Assembly (NCBI GenBank): GCA_965372715.1
Contig: CBDVDH010000033.1
Span: 1-41,739, forward strand
From: an uncultured bacterium
GTDB taxonomy: Bacteria > B130-G9
Direction: 5' to 3'
DNA length: 41,739 nucleotides
Of the stretch, positions 9,051-18,239 are shown one piece after another; positions within the stretch are counted from its first letter, which is position 1; the number at the start of each line of letters is the position of its first letter. The translations under genes and the position numbers were made by a program. Below the pieces are notes generated by a model. It ran no database searches and was not told the origin of the DNA. It was given only the letters and a program-made list of their open reading frames with translations.

Positions 9051-10957
9051 CTGACGTAGCCTCGATTTTTGGCAAGGGCGGCCCGCTGGCGAGGACCATC
9101 AAGAACTTCGAGCAGCGCCCTGACCAAGCGCAGATGGCAAGGCTCGTGTGGGAAGCGATTCAGACCAAGCGCCACCTAATCGTCGAAGCTGGTACCGGAA
9201 TCGGCAAGAGCCTCGCCTACTTAATCCCGGTCATCGCAAGCCGCAAGAAGGCGATCGTCTCAACCAAAACCAAGACGCTTCAGGAGCAGCTCCTCAACCA
9301 CGATCTGCCGCTGCTCCGGAAAGCTTCAGGGACTCGTTTTACCGCAACCTGCTTGAAAGGAAGGGGCAATTACCTCTGCCTGAAGAGGTTTAGGGACTTC
9401 GAGTCGCAGCCGCTGTTCGTTTTCCCTCGTGAGATCAAATACTTCCGCCAGATACAGAACTGGGCGAAGCGAACGGGAGTTGGCGACCGTTCGGAGCTGC
9501 ACGCCTTGCCCGAGAAGCTAGCGGTTTGGACTGACATCTGCTCGCAAGGGGACCTCTGCACAGGTCCGAAATGTCAGTTCGTGAGGGACTGTTTCTTAGC
9601 TAAGGCGCGTGAGGCGGCAGACCGGGCTGACATCGTCGTCATTAATCACCACTTGTTCTTCGCGAATCTTGCCAATCGGTTGTGGACGGATACGTCGATG
9701 TTGCCGGAATGCGAATTGCTAGTCTTTGATGAGGCGCATGATATCGAGGAGGTTGCATCACAGTTTCTGGGTGTCTCCGTTGGGCCTGGGCAGATCGGCG
9801 ATCTCGTGAACCGAATTGGCCGGCAGATCAGCCTCGAGAAAGTCGAGGTCGAAGGATTGGCCTCGAGGCTCAATAACGTTCAGAAGGCAAGCAGAGATTT
9901 CTTCGGGCGTTTTACGGCGCTGCGTGATGGGACTTTCAAGCTGATGGATGACATGTTCGATGCCGCATCCCTTGATGCACGGGACCAGCTCTGCAAGCAG
10001 CTTATGGCGCTTGCCAAGTCGCTTGCCAACATTGCATCAGGTGGGCTCGACGTTTTTGAGCCCCTTTCTCGCCGATCCCGCGAAACGGCTCATTCCATAA
10101 CCGCTGCGTGCGACCTCAAAGATGAACGCCTCGTTCATTGGGCGGAAGCGAGAGATGGAAGCATACAGCTCAAGGGGACCCCGATCAGCCTTGCTGGAAC
10201 GTTTGCAGAGCATGTATTCGCAAAGGTCCCGACCGTGATATTGACCTCCGCCACCCTCTCCTCGGAGCGATCGTTCAATTATATCAAGAGCCGCCTCGGC
10301 ACGCCGGATCCGCACGAATTGATGGTCAGCTCTAGTTTCGACTTCAGGAAGCAAGCGCTGCTCTACATCCCGAGGCGCCTGCCACTGCCCGACGATCCTC
10401 TGTTTGTCAAAATGGCGGCAGCCGAGATTGTCAAGATACTCAAGAGAAGCAGCGGCAAGGCCTTCGTTCTCTGCACCAGCAACGCCAACATGAGTGCGTT
10501 GCACGAGATTGTGAGCGGCAAGATCGAGCAGCGCTGCTTCATCCAAGGCGAGATGCCCAACGCGGCGTTGCTCGAGAAGTTCCGCCGCGACGTTGGCTCG
10601 GTCCTTTTCGCGACCGCGAGCTTCTGGCAGGGCGTTGACGTCCAGGGCGAGGCGCTGAGCTGCGTCATAGTCGATAAGCTGCCGTTCGCCGTTCCGAGCG
10701 ACCCCATTATTGAGGCGCGTATCGAGCGGATACGGTCCGAAAATGGCAATCCGTTCTATGAGTTTCAGGTTCCGCAGGCGGTAATCGCGTTGAAGCAGGG
10801 CTTTGGTCGGCTGATAAGAACTAAGACCGACCGCGGCGTCCTCTCGATACTTGATAAGCGGATACTGGACAAGGCCTACGGGCGCAAGTTCCTTGAGAGC
10901 CTGCCGCCCTGCCCCATCACCCACGACATCGAGGCCCTCGATCGATTCTTCAGGTAG
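9047..10957 (+). CDS. ATP-dependent DNA helicase, DinG/YoaA family with Fe-S cluster
   Basis: Q motif FEQRPDQ, EAGTGIGKSLAYL, FDEAH, LTSATL, FWQGVD, QGFGRLIR; Cys cluster. Confidence 0.94.
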   Translation: MADVASIFGKGGPLARTIKNFEQRPDQAQMARLVWEAIQTKRHLIVEAGTGIGKSLAYLIPVIASRKKAIVSTKTKTLQEQLLNHDLPLLRKASGTRFTATCLKGRGNYLCLKRFRDFESQPLFVFPREIKYFRQIQNWAKRTGVGDRSELHALPEKLAVWTDICSQGDLCTGPKCQFVRDCFLAKAREAADRADIVVINHHLFFANLANRLWTDTSMLPECELLVFDEAHDIEEVASQFLGVSVGPGQIGDLVNRIGRQISLEKVEVEGLASRLNNVQKASRDFFGRFTALRDGTFKLMDDMFDAASLDARDQLCKQLMALAKSLANIASGGLDVFEPLSRRSRETAHSITAACDLKDERLVHWAEARDGSIQLKGTPISLAGTFAEHVFAKVPTVILTSATLSSERSFNYIKSRLGTPDPHELMVSSSFDFRKQALLYIPRRLPLPDDPLFVKMAAAEIVKILKRSSGKAFVLCTSNANMSALHEIVSGKIEQRCFIQGEMPNAALLEKFRRDVGSVLFATASFWQGVDVQGEALSCVIVDKLPFAVPSDPIIEARIERIRSENGNPFYEFQVPQAVIALKQGFGRLIRTKTDRGVLSILDKRILDKAYGRKFLESLPPCPITHDIEALDRFFR

Positions 10958-11015
10958 GTCGGGCAGGAGCAGTGGGATGAGCAATGATGATCCCAACTTG
11001 CGGCCGCACAGTCCG

Positions 11016-11045
11016 TTGACCAATGCCGGGTTGCCGTGATAGGCT
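11016..11045 (+). promoter_or_regulatory. Possible sigma70 promoter for tatA
   Basis: TTGACC-18 nt-TAGGCT with extended -10 TG. Confidence 0.35.
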
Positions 11046-11098
11046 CTGAACTAGAGATAAGAAGACTCGCAAAGGGATTAACGTAGAGGAGAGAAGCG

Positions 11099-11299
11099 AT
11101 GTGGACGCCGGGGCCGACTGAGCTTATCATCATTCTCGTTATCGTCCTGATCATTTTCGGCGCCGGGAAGCTACCCGGCATCGGAAAGGCCCTTGGCAAG
11201 GGGATCAAGGAGTTCAAAGACGGCTCGACCGGCAAGGACGAGAAGACCGAGAAGGAGGACGACGAGAAAGAACCTGAAGAACCTGAGAAGACTGAGTAA
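11099..11299 (+). CDS. tatA: Twin-arginine translocase TatA/E subunit
   Basis: [36 protein letters not shown] with acidic tail; AGGAG upstream. Confidence 0.95.
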   Translation: MWTPGPTELIIILVIVLIIFGAGKLPGIGKALGKGIKEFKDGSTGKDEKTEKEDDEKEPEEPEKTE

Positions 11300-11304
11300 C
11301 GGCT

Positions 11305-11340
11305 GACTTCGCCATAGTAGCCCCGGCTACGTCGGCTGAA
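11305..11340 (+). repeat. Palindromic repeat family A (minimal copy)
   Basis: GACTTCGCCATAGTAGC-CCCG-GCTACGTCGGCTGAA, an imperfect hairpin between convergent genes. Confidence 0.85.
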
Positions 11341-11367
11341 AAGGCTCCGGTCATTTTATCGAGGCAG

Positions 11368-12486
11368 TCAGCCTTGATCGCAGAGCTCGCGGAACAGCCG
11401 CTCAATCTCGTCGATGTTCCGCTTTAGGGTGAAGTTCTGAAGGGCCGTCTCTCTAGCGTGCTCGCAAAGCCTCGTCCTGGCCACTTCGTCGTCGAGCACA
11501 TTCCTTAAGGCGTTGGCCAACGCTTCGTGCGAGCCGGGCTCGAAGAGCATCCCGTCCCGCCCGTTTGTTATAATCTCACTTGATGCGCCAGAGCACGTTG
11601 CCACAACTGCACACCCGCAAGCCATCGCCTCAACTGTTACAAGGCCAAATGGCTCCGCCTCGGAAGCTAGCGCCATAACGTCGAGCGAGCGCATCGCGTC
11701 CGGCATGTCCGAGATGCGGCCAACAAAAAGTATCTCGGATGACCGACCTGAATCCCTCACCATTGAACGGAGGCGCCGCAGGTATGGCCTGTTCTTGGGT
11801 CTCGTTGGGCCAGCCACCACGAACTTCGCCTCGTGTCCGCCTTGCAGAAGCAAAAGCGCCGCCTTCACGAAGACCTCCTGTCCCTTGTGCGGCGATACCT
11901 CGCCCAGGATTCCGACTAGACGTTCGTTTTCTCCAACGGCAAGCTGCTCGCGAAGCGACCTCGTGCCGTGGGGGACGAACTTCTCGACGTCGATGCCGTT
12001 CCTGACCGTTCGCACCCTGCTCGCGTCGATGAATGGGTGCTTGGTGAGCGTCTCCTTGACGGCGTCGGACACGGCAATGAATGCGTCAGCTGAGCTGAGC
12101 GTCCACTTGTGGAAGAGCGAGTTACCCAGCGGCAGCAGGATGTGGCGGGTAAGCACCAGCTTGGGCTTCGACGACGATAGGCGCCTGGCCAGCGCTGCGA
12201 ACATGTAGTCCGGCGGAGTATGTGCGTTGACTAGCTGCCAGCCATCTGCATCAATTATGCTGGCCAGTCTTCTGGCCGAGAACAGGCCCGCACCGCCGCG
12301 TTTTCTAGACATCGCGGCCTCTATGTTCGCGTTGCGAAGAGCACTCTGGAGCGAGCTGCCTCTCCTGACAACCGCGCCGATCAGGTGACCTCGAGCCTTG
12401 AGCCCTCGACACAGATCGATGAACACTCGCTCGCCGCCTCCGAAACCGGCCGCCGAATCTATCTGGAGGATCGATAACGGATTCAA
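11368..12486 (-). CDS. Glycosyltransferase family 4 (GT-B)
   Basis: GGGER N-terminus, NGID, KGQ, EPFGLVTVEAMACG. Confidence 0.93.
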   Translation of the reverse strand: MNPLSILQIDSAAGFGGGERVFIDLCRGLKARGHLIGAVVRRGSSLQSALRNANIEAAMSRKRGGAGLFSARRLASIIDADGWQLVNAHTPPDYMFAALARRLSSSKPKLVLTRHILLPLGNSLFHKWTLSSADAFIAVSDAVKETLTKHPFIDASRVRTVRNGIDVEKFVPHGTRSLREQLAVGENERLVGILGEVSPHKGQEVFVKAALLLLQGGHEAKFVVAGPTRPKNRPYLRRLRSMVRDSGRSSEILFVGRISDMPDAMRSLDVMALASEAEPFGLVTVEAMACGCAVVATCSGASSEIITNGRDGMLFEPGSHEALANALRNVLDDEVARTRLCEHARETALQNFTLKRNIDEIERLFRELCDQG

Positions 12487-13319
12487 TGTTTCAAGAGGTC
12501 TTTCGAGAGTGGGTCATGATTCGGTGCTGCGTTTCGTAGGGCGGTGCTTGCCCGATTCATTAGCCATGCCTTCACATATTTGCTGAACGTATAACACGAC
12601 GAGGCCGAACTGAGAATGAAGCCGTGGATGCCATCTAGGAAGCCCGCCTGAAGAAAATACATCTTCAGAAAGGTCATTGGCGGTCTGAAAACTAGGTCAA
12701 GGATGCTCACACCCTTTCCAGTGTTCACAAGGTCCTTCGCAGCCCAAGTGGTGTAGCGGTTCATTTTAGAGATGTATTGCTCAAACGTGCGGAAGCTGTG
12801 ATGCACAAGGGGCGAATTGAGGCGGCCAACGGAACCTCCGCAGATCACGTCGGCGTGAACCTCCTTGTCCTCATATCTGCTATTGTCACGCATAAAAAGC
12901 CGAACGTTCCTGTCCCGCTCGGGCGACCATCCGCAGTGACGGATGCGCTTTCCTAAAAAGTAGTTCGCCCTGGGCATCGAGTAGCCGACGTGTTTTGCCC
13001 CACCGGAAAGCACTCCCTTCACCTCGCGCTTCAGCTCGTCCGTCACGCGCTCATCGGCGTCACAGAGAAGTATCCATTCGTGTCTCGCCTGTGGGATGGC
13101 CCAGTTCTTCTGAGACGCGGAGTAGTTGTATCCCCTCTGAATGATTCTTGCGTTGAACCCGCGGGCGATCTCGAGCGTCCTGTCCGTGCTAAAGCTATCA
13201 GCAACGAGTATCTCATCGGCAAACGTCAAGCGTTCCAGGCAATCCCGGATATTGGCCTCCTCGTTGAACGTTGGGACGATTGTAGTAAGTCTTGCATTTG
13301 GCATAGCAATATCATACAT
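12483..13319 (-). CDS. Glycosyltransferase family 2, WaaE/KdtX-like (start may be 13304)
   Basis: PTFNEE, DSFSTDRT, QKNWAI, DADER, GFLDG. Confidence 0.92.
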   Translation of the reverse strand: MYDIAMPNARLTTIVPTFNEEANIRDCLERLTFADEILVADSFSTDRTLEIARGFNARIIQRGYNYSASQKNWAIPQARHEWILLCDADERVTDELKREVKGVLSGGAKHVGYSMPRANYFLGKRIRHCGWSPERDRNVRLFMRDNSRYEDKEVHADVICGGSVGRLNSPLVHHSFRTFEQYISKMNRYTTWAAKDLVNTGKGVSILDLVFRPPMTFLKMYFLQAGFLDGIHGFILSSASSCYTFSKYVKAWLMNRASTALRNAAPNHDPLSKDLLKH

Positions 13320-13515
13320 AAGGAGATGCTATTCTCTCAACCTAATTGCGTTGGGGGTCGTCTGGCAAATGAACCGTTTAGAGAATCGCGGGGCATACGA
13401 AGAGTCAAAGGACTTGGGCAAGGCCGCCGTTTGGGGCCAGCCAAAGCTCTGTGGGATACCGATGGACTTGCTGTTTCGCGTTGCGCATATATGTTAGTCA
13501 AGTGAGGGCGCTAGG

Positions 13516-14043
13516 ATGATCTTTTCCGGCTTTTGGCGCCGTTTTGTCGCGGTGATCATCGATGGATTCGTTCTGACGGTCCCGCTTTACGCTCTGGTGT
13601 TCTTGTTTATCTTTCCGACAATGTTCAGCGACTTCTTCACCATATTCTCGCCTGAGAGCATCCAGAACATGGATGAGAAGGAGGCTGCCCGGGCCATGGC
13701 GGAGCTGCTGTCTTCTTTCATGCCTCGGATTCTCCTGTCCAATCTACTCTTCGTTCTCGTCAGCTGGCTGTATTATGCTTTGATGGAGAGCTCTTCGCTT
13801 CAGGCTACGCTTGGCAAATTGGCCATGGGCAGCATCGTTACCGATTTGGATGGTGACAGGGTCTCATTTCTCCGTGCTACCGGCAGGTATTTCGGGAAAA
13901 TAATCTCCAACATAATCCTCATGATCGGATTCCTGATGGGGGGATTCACTGAGCGCAAGCAGGCCCTTCACGATATGATGGCGGGCTGCCTTGTCATCCA
14001 GAAAGAGAGCGATATCAAGCCGCTATACGACCTGCCGGAATAG
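13516..14043 (+). CDS. RDD family membrane protein
   Basis: GFWRRFVAVIID, QATLGK, KQALHDMMAG. Confidence 0.92.
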   Translation: MIFSGFWRRFVAVIIDGFVLTVPLYALVFLFIFPTMFSDFFTIFSPESIQNMDEKEAARAMAELLSSFMPRILLSNLLFVLVSWLYYALMESSSLQATLGKLAMGSIVTDLDGDRVSFLRATGRYFGKIISNIILMIGFLMGGFTERKQALHDMMAGCLVIQKESDIKPLYDLPE

Positions 14044-14107
14044 GGCTTCACAACGGGGATTGCTCACTCCCCCTTTCCCATTCTCGTCCGCCGAAGTTCC
14101 CGGTGAT

Positions 14108-14132
14108 GGGAGGATTCTCCCGTTTTTGTTTT
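14108..14132 (+). terminator. Probable intrinsic terminator
   Basis: GGGAG-GATT-CTCCC followed by GTTTTTGTTTT. Confidence 0.5.
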
Positions 14133-14317
14133 GTCGAAGAGCCCGCCCCACGGCGACTCGCAGACTCGACGAACGGCGAGCGGAGACTCCTCGCCGATAG
14201 GGTCTTGACAATTGGAGGCGCAAAGCTATCAAATACAGTACGAAGGTGGCGGATTTGTGCATTTCACTTCAGTGGTGGTATTGGGACAGAGCCTACAACT
14301 TAGGGAGGAGCAAGGAA

Positions 14318-16414
14318 ATGGGACACTTGTGCAGATGCTTTTTTTGCGTGGGCTTGACAGTTGTCATGCTCGGCCTGTGGGGCATTGCAGTCGCCCAGCA
14401 GGGACCGGACATCTTTATAACCATAGTGAGCCCGGTAAGCTCGAGGGAGTGGCCGGACCCGGACGGGACATTCACCATCCAATGGTTCGACGGCGATTTC
14501 GGCTATATCAGCCTCTTTTACGACGCGGACAACGAGGAGGGCGGAGATGTTTTGATAAATCCGCTGCCGCTAATTGCGTCCGAGTTCTCGGAGTATTCGT
14601 GGGATACCAACGACATGCCGAATCTGACGGAGTGGTACATTGTTGGTAAGATCAAGATGTCGCCGGATGAGAACGAGCCCTGGATCGATACTAGCTACAG
14701 CCTGGGCACGGTTTACGTAAACCGTATGATGGAGCCAGTGATAAGGGTTGGGCCGGGAGCGGATGTGATCGCGGACCGGGCCATCACGCTCTTCTTCGAC
14801 TTGAGAGGCGCCGGCTACTATTGGCTGTTTTATGACGTCGATAGGGAGCCTGGCGGCGAGGGGCAGATCATGGGGCCCTCTGACCTCTTCGGGTATCCAG
14901 AGTTTACGCCGGGCAGTTTTGAGTGGGAGACGAAAGACCTTCCCCAGGGCGAGAGTTACTACATAATCGGTAAGACGAAGATGAGTCCGAACGCCCCCGA
15001 TTGGTCGTACTCCGAGGCCTCGCTAGGTCGGGTGATGATTGACCACACCCAGCAATATCAGATCAACGTTCAGGAGCCGTCGGGAACAGAGTATGTTCCG
15101 GTTGGTGATTCATTTACGGTGGCATGGGAGGACCTCGATCCCAACGTGCTGGCTTACGTGATTATCTATACCGATACGGACATCGATGGCGACCCGTCGG
15201 ACGACGTCAGGCGCAGTCTGCTTCCAATTATGGTGAGAGATCAGCTAAACCAGTTTCCGATCGTGTTCGATGATTCGAGCGACCGAGCGGGCAACATCTA
15301 CTACGTCATCGGCAGGATCAAGGAGAGTAGGGAAGGCGACGGTGGGGAAACGCTGGCCGAGGCCTACGCCGATGGCAGCATCATCCTCTATAGTGCACAG
15401 GGGCAAGACAGGACTCCTCCGGCTGCGGTTCAGGACCTAAAAGCCTATCCAAGGGGAGAGGGCTCCACTATCACCCTCTGGTGGACGGCGCCGGGCGACG
15501 ACGGCAACTACGGAAGAGCTGCGTCCTACGATATCCGCTATTCCACAACGATATTTGAAAGCGACGCGGATTTTGGGAGCGGGACGAATGTGCCCTATAT
15601 TGATAGATTAACGGGTAATAGCCCACTCTCGTCCGGGAGCCGTCAGAGGGTGGACGTAGAGGGGCTTGACGCCTCAACCGTCTATTACTTCGCGCTCAAG
15701 ACCACCGACGACACTGGCAATACTTCGCCCATGTCCAATATCGCCTGGACGGATTCGATGCCGGTTGAGCTGTCATCGTTCGAGGCGGTGCCCGGCTTCG
15801 GGAGGATAACACTTAATTGGACGACGGCCTCCGAGAAAGACGCCTTGGGCTGGCACGTCGCACGGTGCGAGCGCGCAAACGGTGATTTCGGCATCATTAC
15901 AGGCGAGTTGATACCGGCGGCCGGGACGAGCTCGGAGCCGCACAGCTACAGCTACACTGACAATGACGTTGCGATTGGGATCACCTACTACTACAAGTTG
16001 GTGCTCTATAATCTTGATGGCAGCCAAGAGGAGAGCCTAGTGGTCAGCGCCTCAGCGCTTGCGCCTCCCGCGGACCCAATTTCCGACCGGTATCCGTTGA
16101 TCCTGGCCGGTGGCTTCATGGGCTCGGTGGTTAGCTCCACTATGGGTGGCGAGCTCACGATCATGGCGGTCGTGGACCCATACACGGGTTCGGGCGAGAT
16201 CGAGAGGGTGGAGCTCTACTACATGGGCATTTCCGCCGGGATACTCCTTTACGATGACGGGACGCATGGCGACGACGTGGCTGGCGACAATATGTTCCAC
16301 ACCACAATAGGCGTTGAGCCAGGGCTTGCGACTGGCAGCTACGTCCTTGAAATTGTTGCGACCGACACCGACGGCAACCAAAGCCCCGTGTTCCCATACG
16401 TTACGGTGAGATAG
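14318..16414 (+). CDS. Secreted multi-domain beta-sandwich protein (FN3-like module, C-terminal choice-of-anchor-X-like domain)
   Basis: ATG 14318 after GGAGG; signal peptide ending AVA; three related acidic N-terminal domains; WTAPGDDG...SYDIRYS, PVELSSF, LYDDGTHGDDVAGD. Confidence 0.8.
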   Translation: MGHLCRCFFCVGLTVVMLGLWGIAVAQQGPDIFITIVSPVSSREWPDPDGTFTIQWFDGDFGYISLFYDADNEEGGDVLINPLPLIASEFSEYSWDTNDMPNLTEWYIVGKIKMSPDENEPWIDTSYSLGTVYVNRMMEPVIRVGPGADVIADRAITLFFDLRGAGYYWLFYDVDREPGGEGQIMGPSDLFGYPEFTPGSFEWETKDLPQGESYYIIGKTKMSPNAPDWSYSEASLGRVMIDHTQQYQINVQEPSGTEYVPVGDSFTVAWEDLDPNVLAYVIIYTDTDIDGDPSDDVRRSLLPIMVRDQLNQFPIVFDDSSDRAGNIYYVIGRIKESREGDGGETLAEAYADGSIILYSAQGQDRTPPAAVQDLKAYPRGEGSTITLWWTAPGDDGNYGRAASYDIRYSTTIFESDADFGSGTNVPYIDRLTGNSPLSSGSRQRVDVEGLDASTVYYFALKTTDDTGNTSPMSNIAWTDSMPVELSSFEAVPGFGRITLNWTTASEKDALGWHVARCERANGDFGIITGELIPAAGTSSEPHSYSYTDNDVAIGITYYYKLVLYNLDGSQEESLVVSASALAPPADPISDRYPLILAGGFMGSVVSSTMGGELTIMAVVDPYTGSGEIERVELYYMGISAGILLYDDGTHGDDVAGDNMFHTTIGVEPGLATGSYVLEIVATDTDGNQSPVFPYVTVR

Positions 16415-16438
16415 GCGCACACAAATACGAAGCGAACG

Positions 16439-16475
16439 CACGGCCGGGTGGTGAGAGCTGCTCGGCCGTGTTTTT
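16439..16475 (+). terminator. Intrinsic terminator
   Basis: CACGGCCGGGTGGT-GAGA-GCTGCTCGGCCGTG followed by TTTTT. Confidence 0.8.
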
Positions 16476-16576
16476 GGCTGGGGCGCTTTGAGCAGCCCGT
16501 TTGAGACTGTGAGTTGAAACCGACATAAGTCGTCTAGCACCATTGCATGCTGCGTGCTTAGTTTAATTGTAGGTCA

Positions 16577-17281
16577 ATGAAGGTCGAGAGCCTACATCCG
16601 TGGCACGTCTCCTATGCTGAGGCAATCAGGCTTCAGCGCGATCTCGCCAAGATGGTCATTCGACGCTCAACCTTCAGAATTGATGACTTGAGGCACGTTG
16701 CCGGATGTGACGTTTCGTATTCCAGCGGCACGAACCGATGCTACTGCGCGGTCGTCGTTCTGAGTTTCCCCGGGCTCAGGCCGGTGCGTCAAGAGACGGC
16801 CATAATCGACGCCGGATTCCCATACATTCCGGGGCTTCTGTCATTTCGTGAGATACCGGGGCTGGTTCGGGCGTTCGAGGCGCTCGACATGGTTCCTGAC
16901 GTTGTGATAGTCGATGGTCAGGGGCTCGCCCACCCCAGGCGCTTGGGCCTGGGCTGTCATTTGGGTCTCATATTGGACGTCCCGACGATAGGCTGTGCTA
17001 AATCGCGGCTTGTTGGTGAATACGACACGCCCGGGACAGAGAGGGGCGCGACCACCGACCTTGTGAGCAGAGATGAGCTCGTGGGCGCCGTTTTAAGAAC
17101 GCGGGCCAACGTGTCGCCTGTCTTCGTCTCGATTGGCCACAAGACCGATCTTAAAACAGCAGTGGAGCTTGTGCTTTCATGCTCGCCGAAGTTCCGGCTG
17201 CCCGAAACGACGAGGGCCGCACACCGGCTCGTAAATCAAATGATGAGAGAGAATCAGAACGCGAACCGGATAATGGAATAG
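16577..17281 (+). CDS. nfi: Endonuclease V
   Basis: AGCDVSY, FPYIPGLLSFRE, VDGQGLAHPRRLG, IGCAKS, RLPETTRAAH. Confidence 0.96.
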   Translation: MKVESLHPWHVSYAEAIRLQRDLAKMVIRRSTFRIDDLRHVAGCDVSYSSGTNRCYCAVVVLSFPGLRPVRQETAIIDAGFPYIPGLLSFREIPGLVRAFEALDMVPDVVIVDGQGLAHPRRLGLGCHLGLILDVPTIGCAKSRLVGEYDTPGTERGATTDLVSRDELVGAVLRTRANVSPVFVSIGHKTDLKTAVELVLSCSPKFRLPETTRAAHRLVNQMMRENQNANRIME

Positions 17282-17316
17282 GCTGGAGTCGCGTTTGAGC
17301 GATGATAATCGTAACC

Positions 17317-17356
17317 GCAGACTTCGTTCGCCGCGCGACGAACTACGTCGGCTGAA
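17317..17356 (+). repeat. Palindromic repeat family B (40 bp)
   Basis: GCAGACTTCGTTCGCCGCGCGACGAACTACGTCGGCTGAA between convergent genes. Confidence 0.85.
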
Positions 17357-17480
17357 ACGGACGCAATTGACGGAAATAAGATAGTCAAGACGCTCGGCAT
17401 CGTCAAGGATAACACGATGAAGGAGTTTTCCCCGTTGGGGAAACGGGCGAGCGACCCGAACTTGAAACACAAAGTCGGCA

Positions 17481-18200
17481 CTACGGCTTATGTATCTCGA
17501 TCCAGACCTGGCAGGGGCAGGTCAAATGGGGAGGCGCGTCGCGAAGGATTGCGTAGTCCTCGATACCGGCCTTGTGCAGTATCTTCGCGATCTTGAGCCT
17601 CGGTATGTGGCCGACGTCAAGCCCTGGGACCCGTTTGCGCAGGGCCTGGACTATTCGGGCACGCTGCTGCACGGGAAGATAGCGCCCAAAGCCGCCGCCG
17701 ATGAACCCGATGCCGCCGGGCTTGAGCACGCGATAGACCTCCCCGAATGCTGCAATCTTGTTCTCCCAAAACGGAAATGACCCACGGCTTACGACCAGCT
17801 CAAATGAACTGTCGGCGAAAGGCATGTTAGCGGCGTCAGCGACAACGGTGTCTATTTTATCGGTGAGGTTTGCCCCCTCAATGTTGCGTCTCGCAAGCGC
17901 TATCGCCTCAGGATCAATGTCCAGCACAGTTGCCGTTAGCCCCGAACGCTGCACAAGCTCGATCGCCAAGTACCCAGCGCCCCCACCTACGTCGAGGCAC
18001 TTGCCGAAGACAATCCGATAATCGCTGAGTATCTGCTGCGCAAGCAGCGGATAGACGGGCTTCAGGACGTCCCGCGCGATCTCATCGAACTGCTGCGCCG
18101 ACATATAGTCGGGGTTGTACATGGGTCGGTTAGCACACCCGAGAAATGAGGCGCAAAGAACGATGCAGATTGTCACGCAGGAATTAGATCGGACGCACAT
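17481..18200 (-). CDS. Class I SAM-dependent methyltransferase (start uncertain)
   Basis: CLDVGGGAG motif I, ADAANMPF, VYRVLKPGG. Confidence 0.9.
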   Translation of the reverse strand: MCVRSNSCVTICIVLCASFLGCANRPMYNPDYMSAQQFDEIARDVLKPVYPLLAQQILSDYRIVFGKCLDVGGGAGYLAIELVQRSGLTATVLDIDPEAIALARRNIEGANLTDKIDTVVADAANMPFADSSFELVVSRGSFPFWENKIAAFGEVYRVLKPGGIGFIGGGFGRYLPVQQRARIVQALRKRVPGLDVGHIPRLKIAKILHKAGIEDYAILRDAPPHLTCPCQVWIEIHKP

Positions 18201-18239
18201 AGCCGTGCAGGAACCTCCGTTATTAGGCGAGTAGCCAAC

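Noticed and set aside
10037-11023. Long antisense ORFs (328 aa here, also 35913-36833 and 33169-33858)
   Set aside because: Shadow frames of well-supported genes in GC-rich DNA with no recognisable motifs
17254-17481. 75 aa minus-strand ORF crossing the family B repeat
   Set aside because: No recognisable domain or RBS; overlaps the nfi end and is partly repeat-derived
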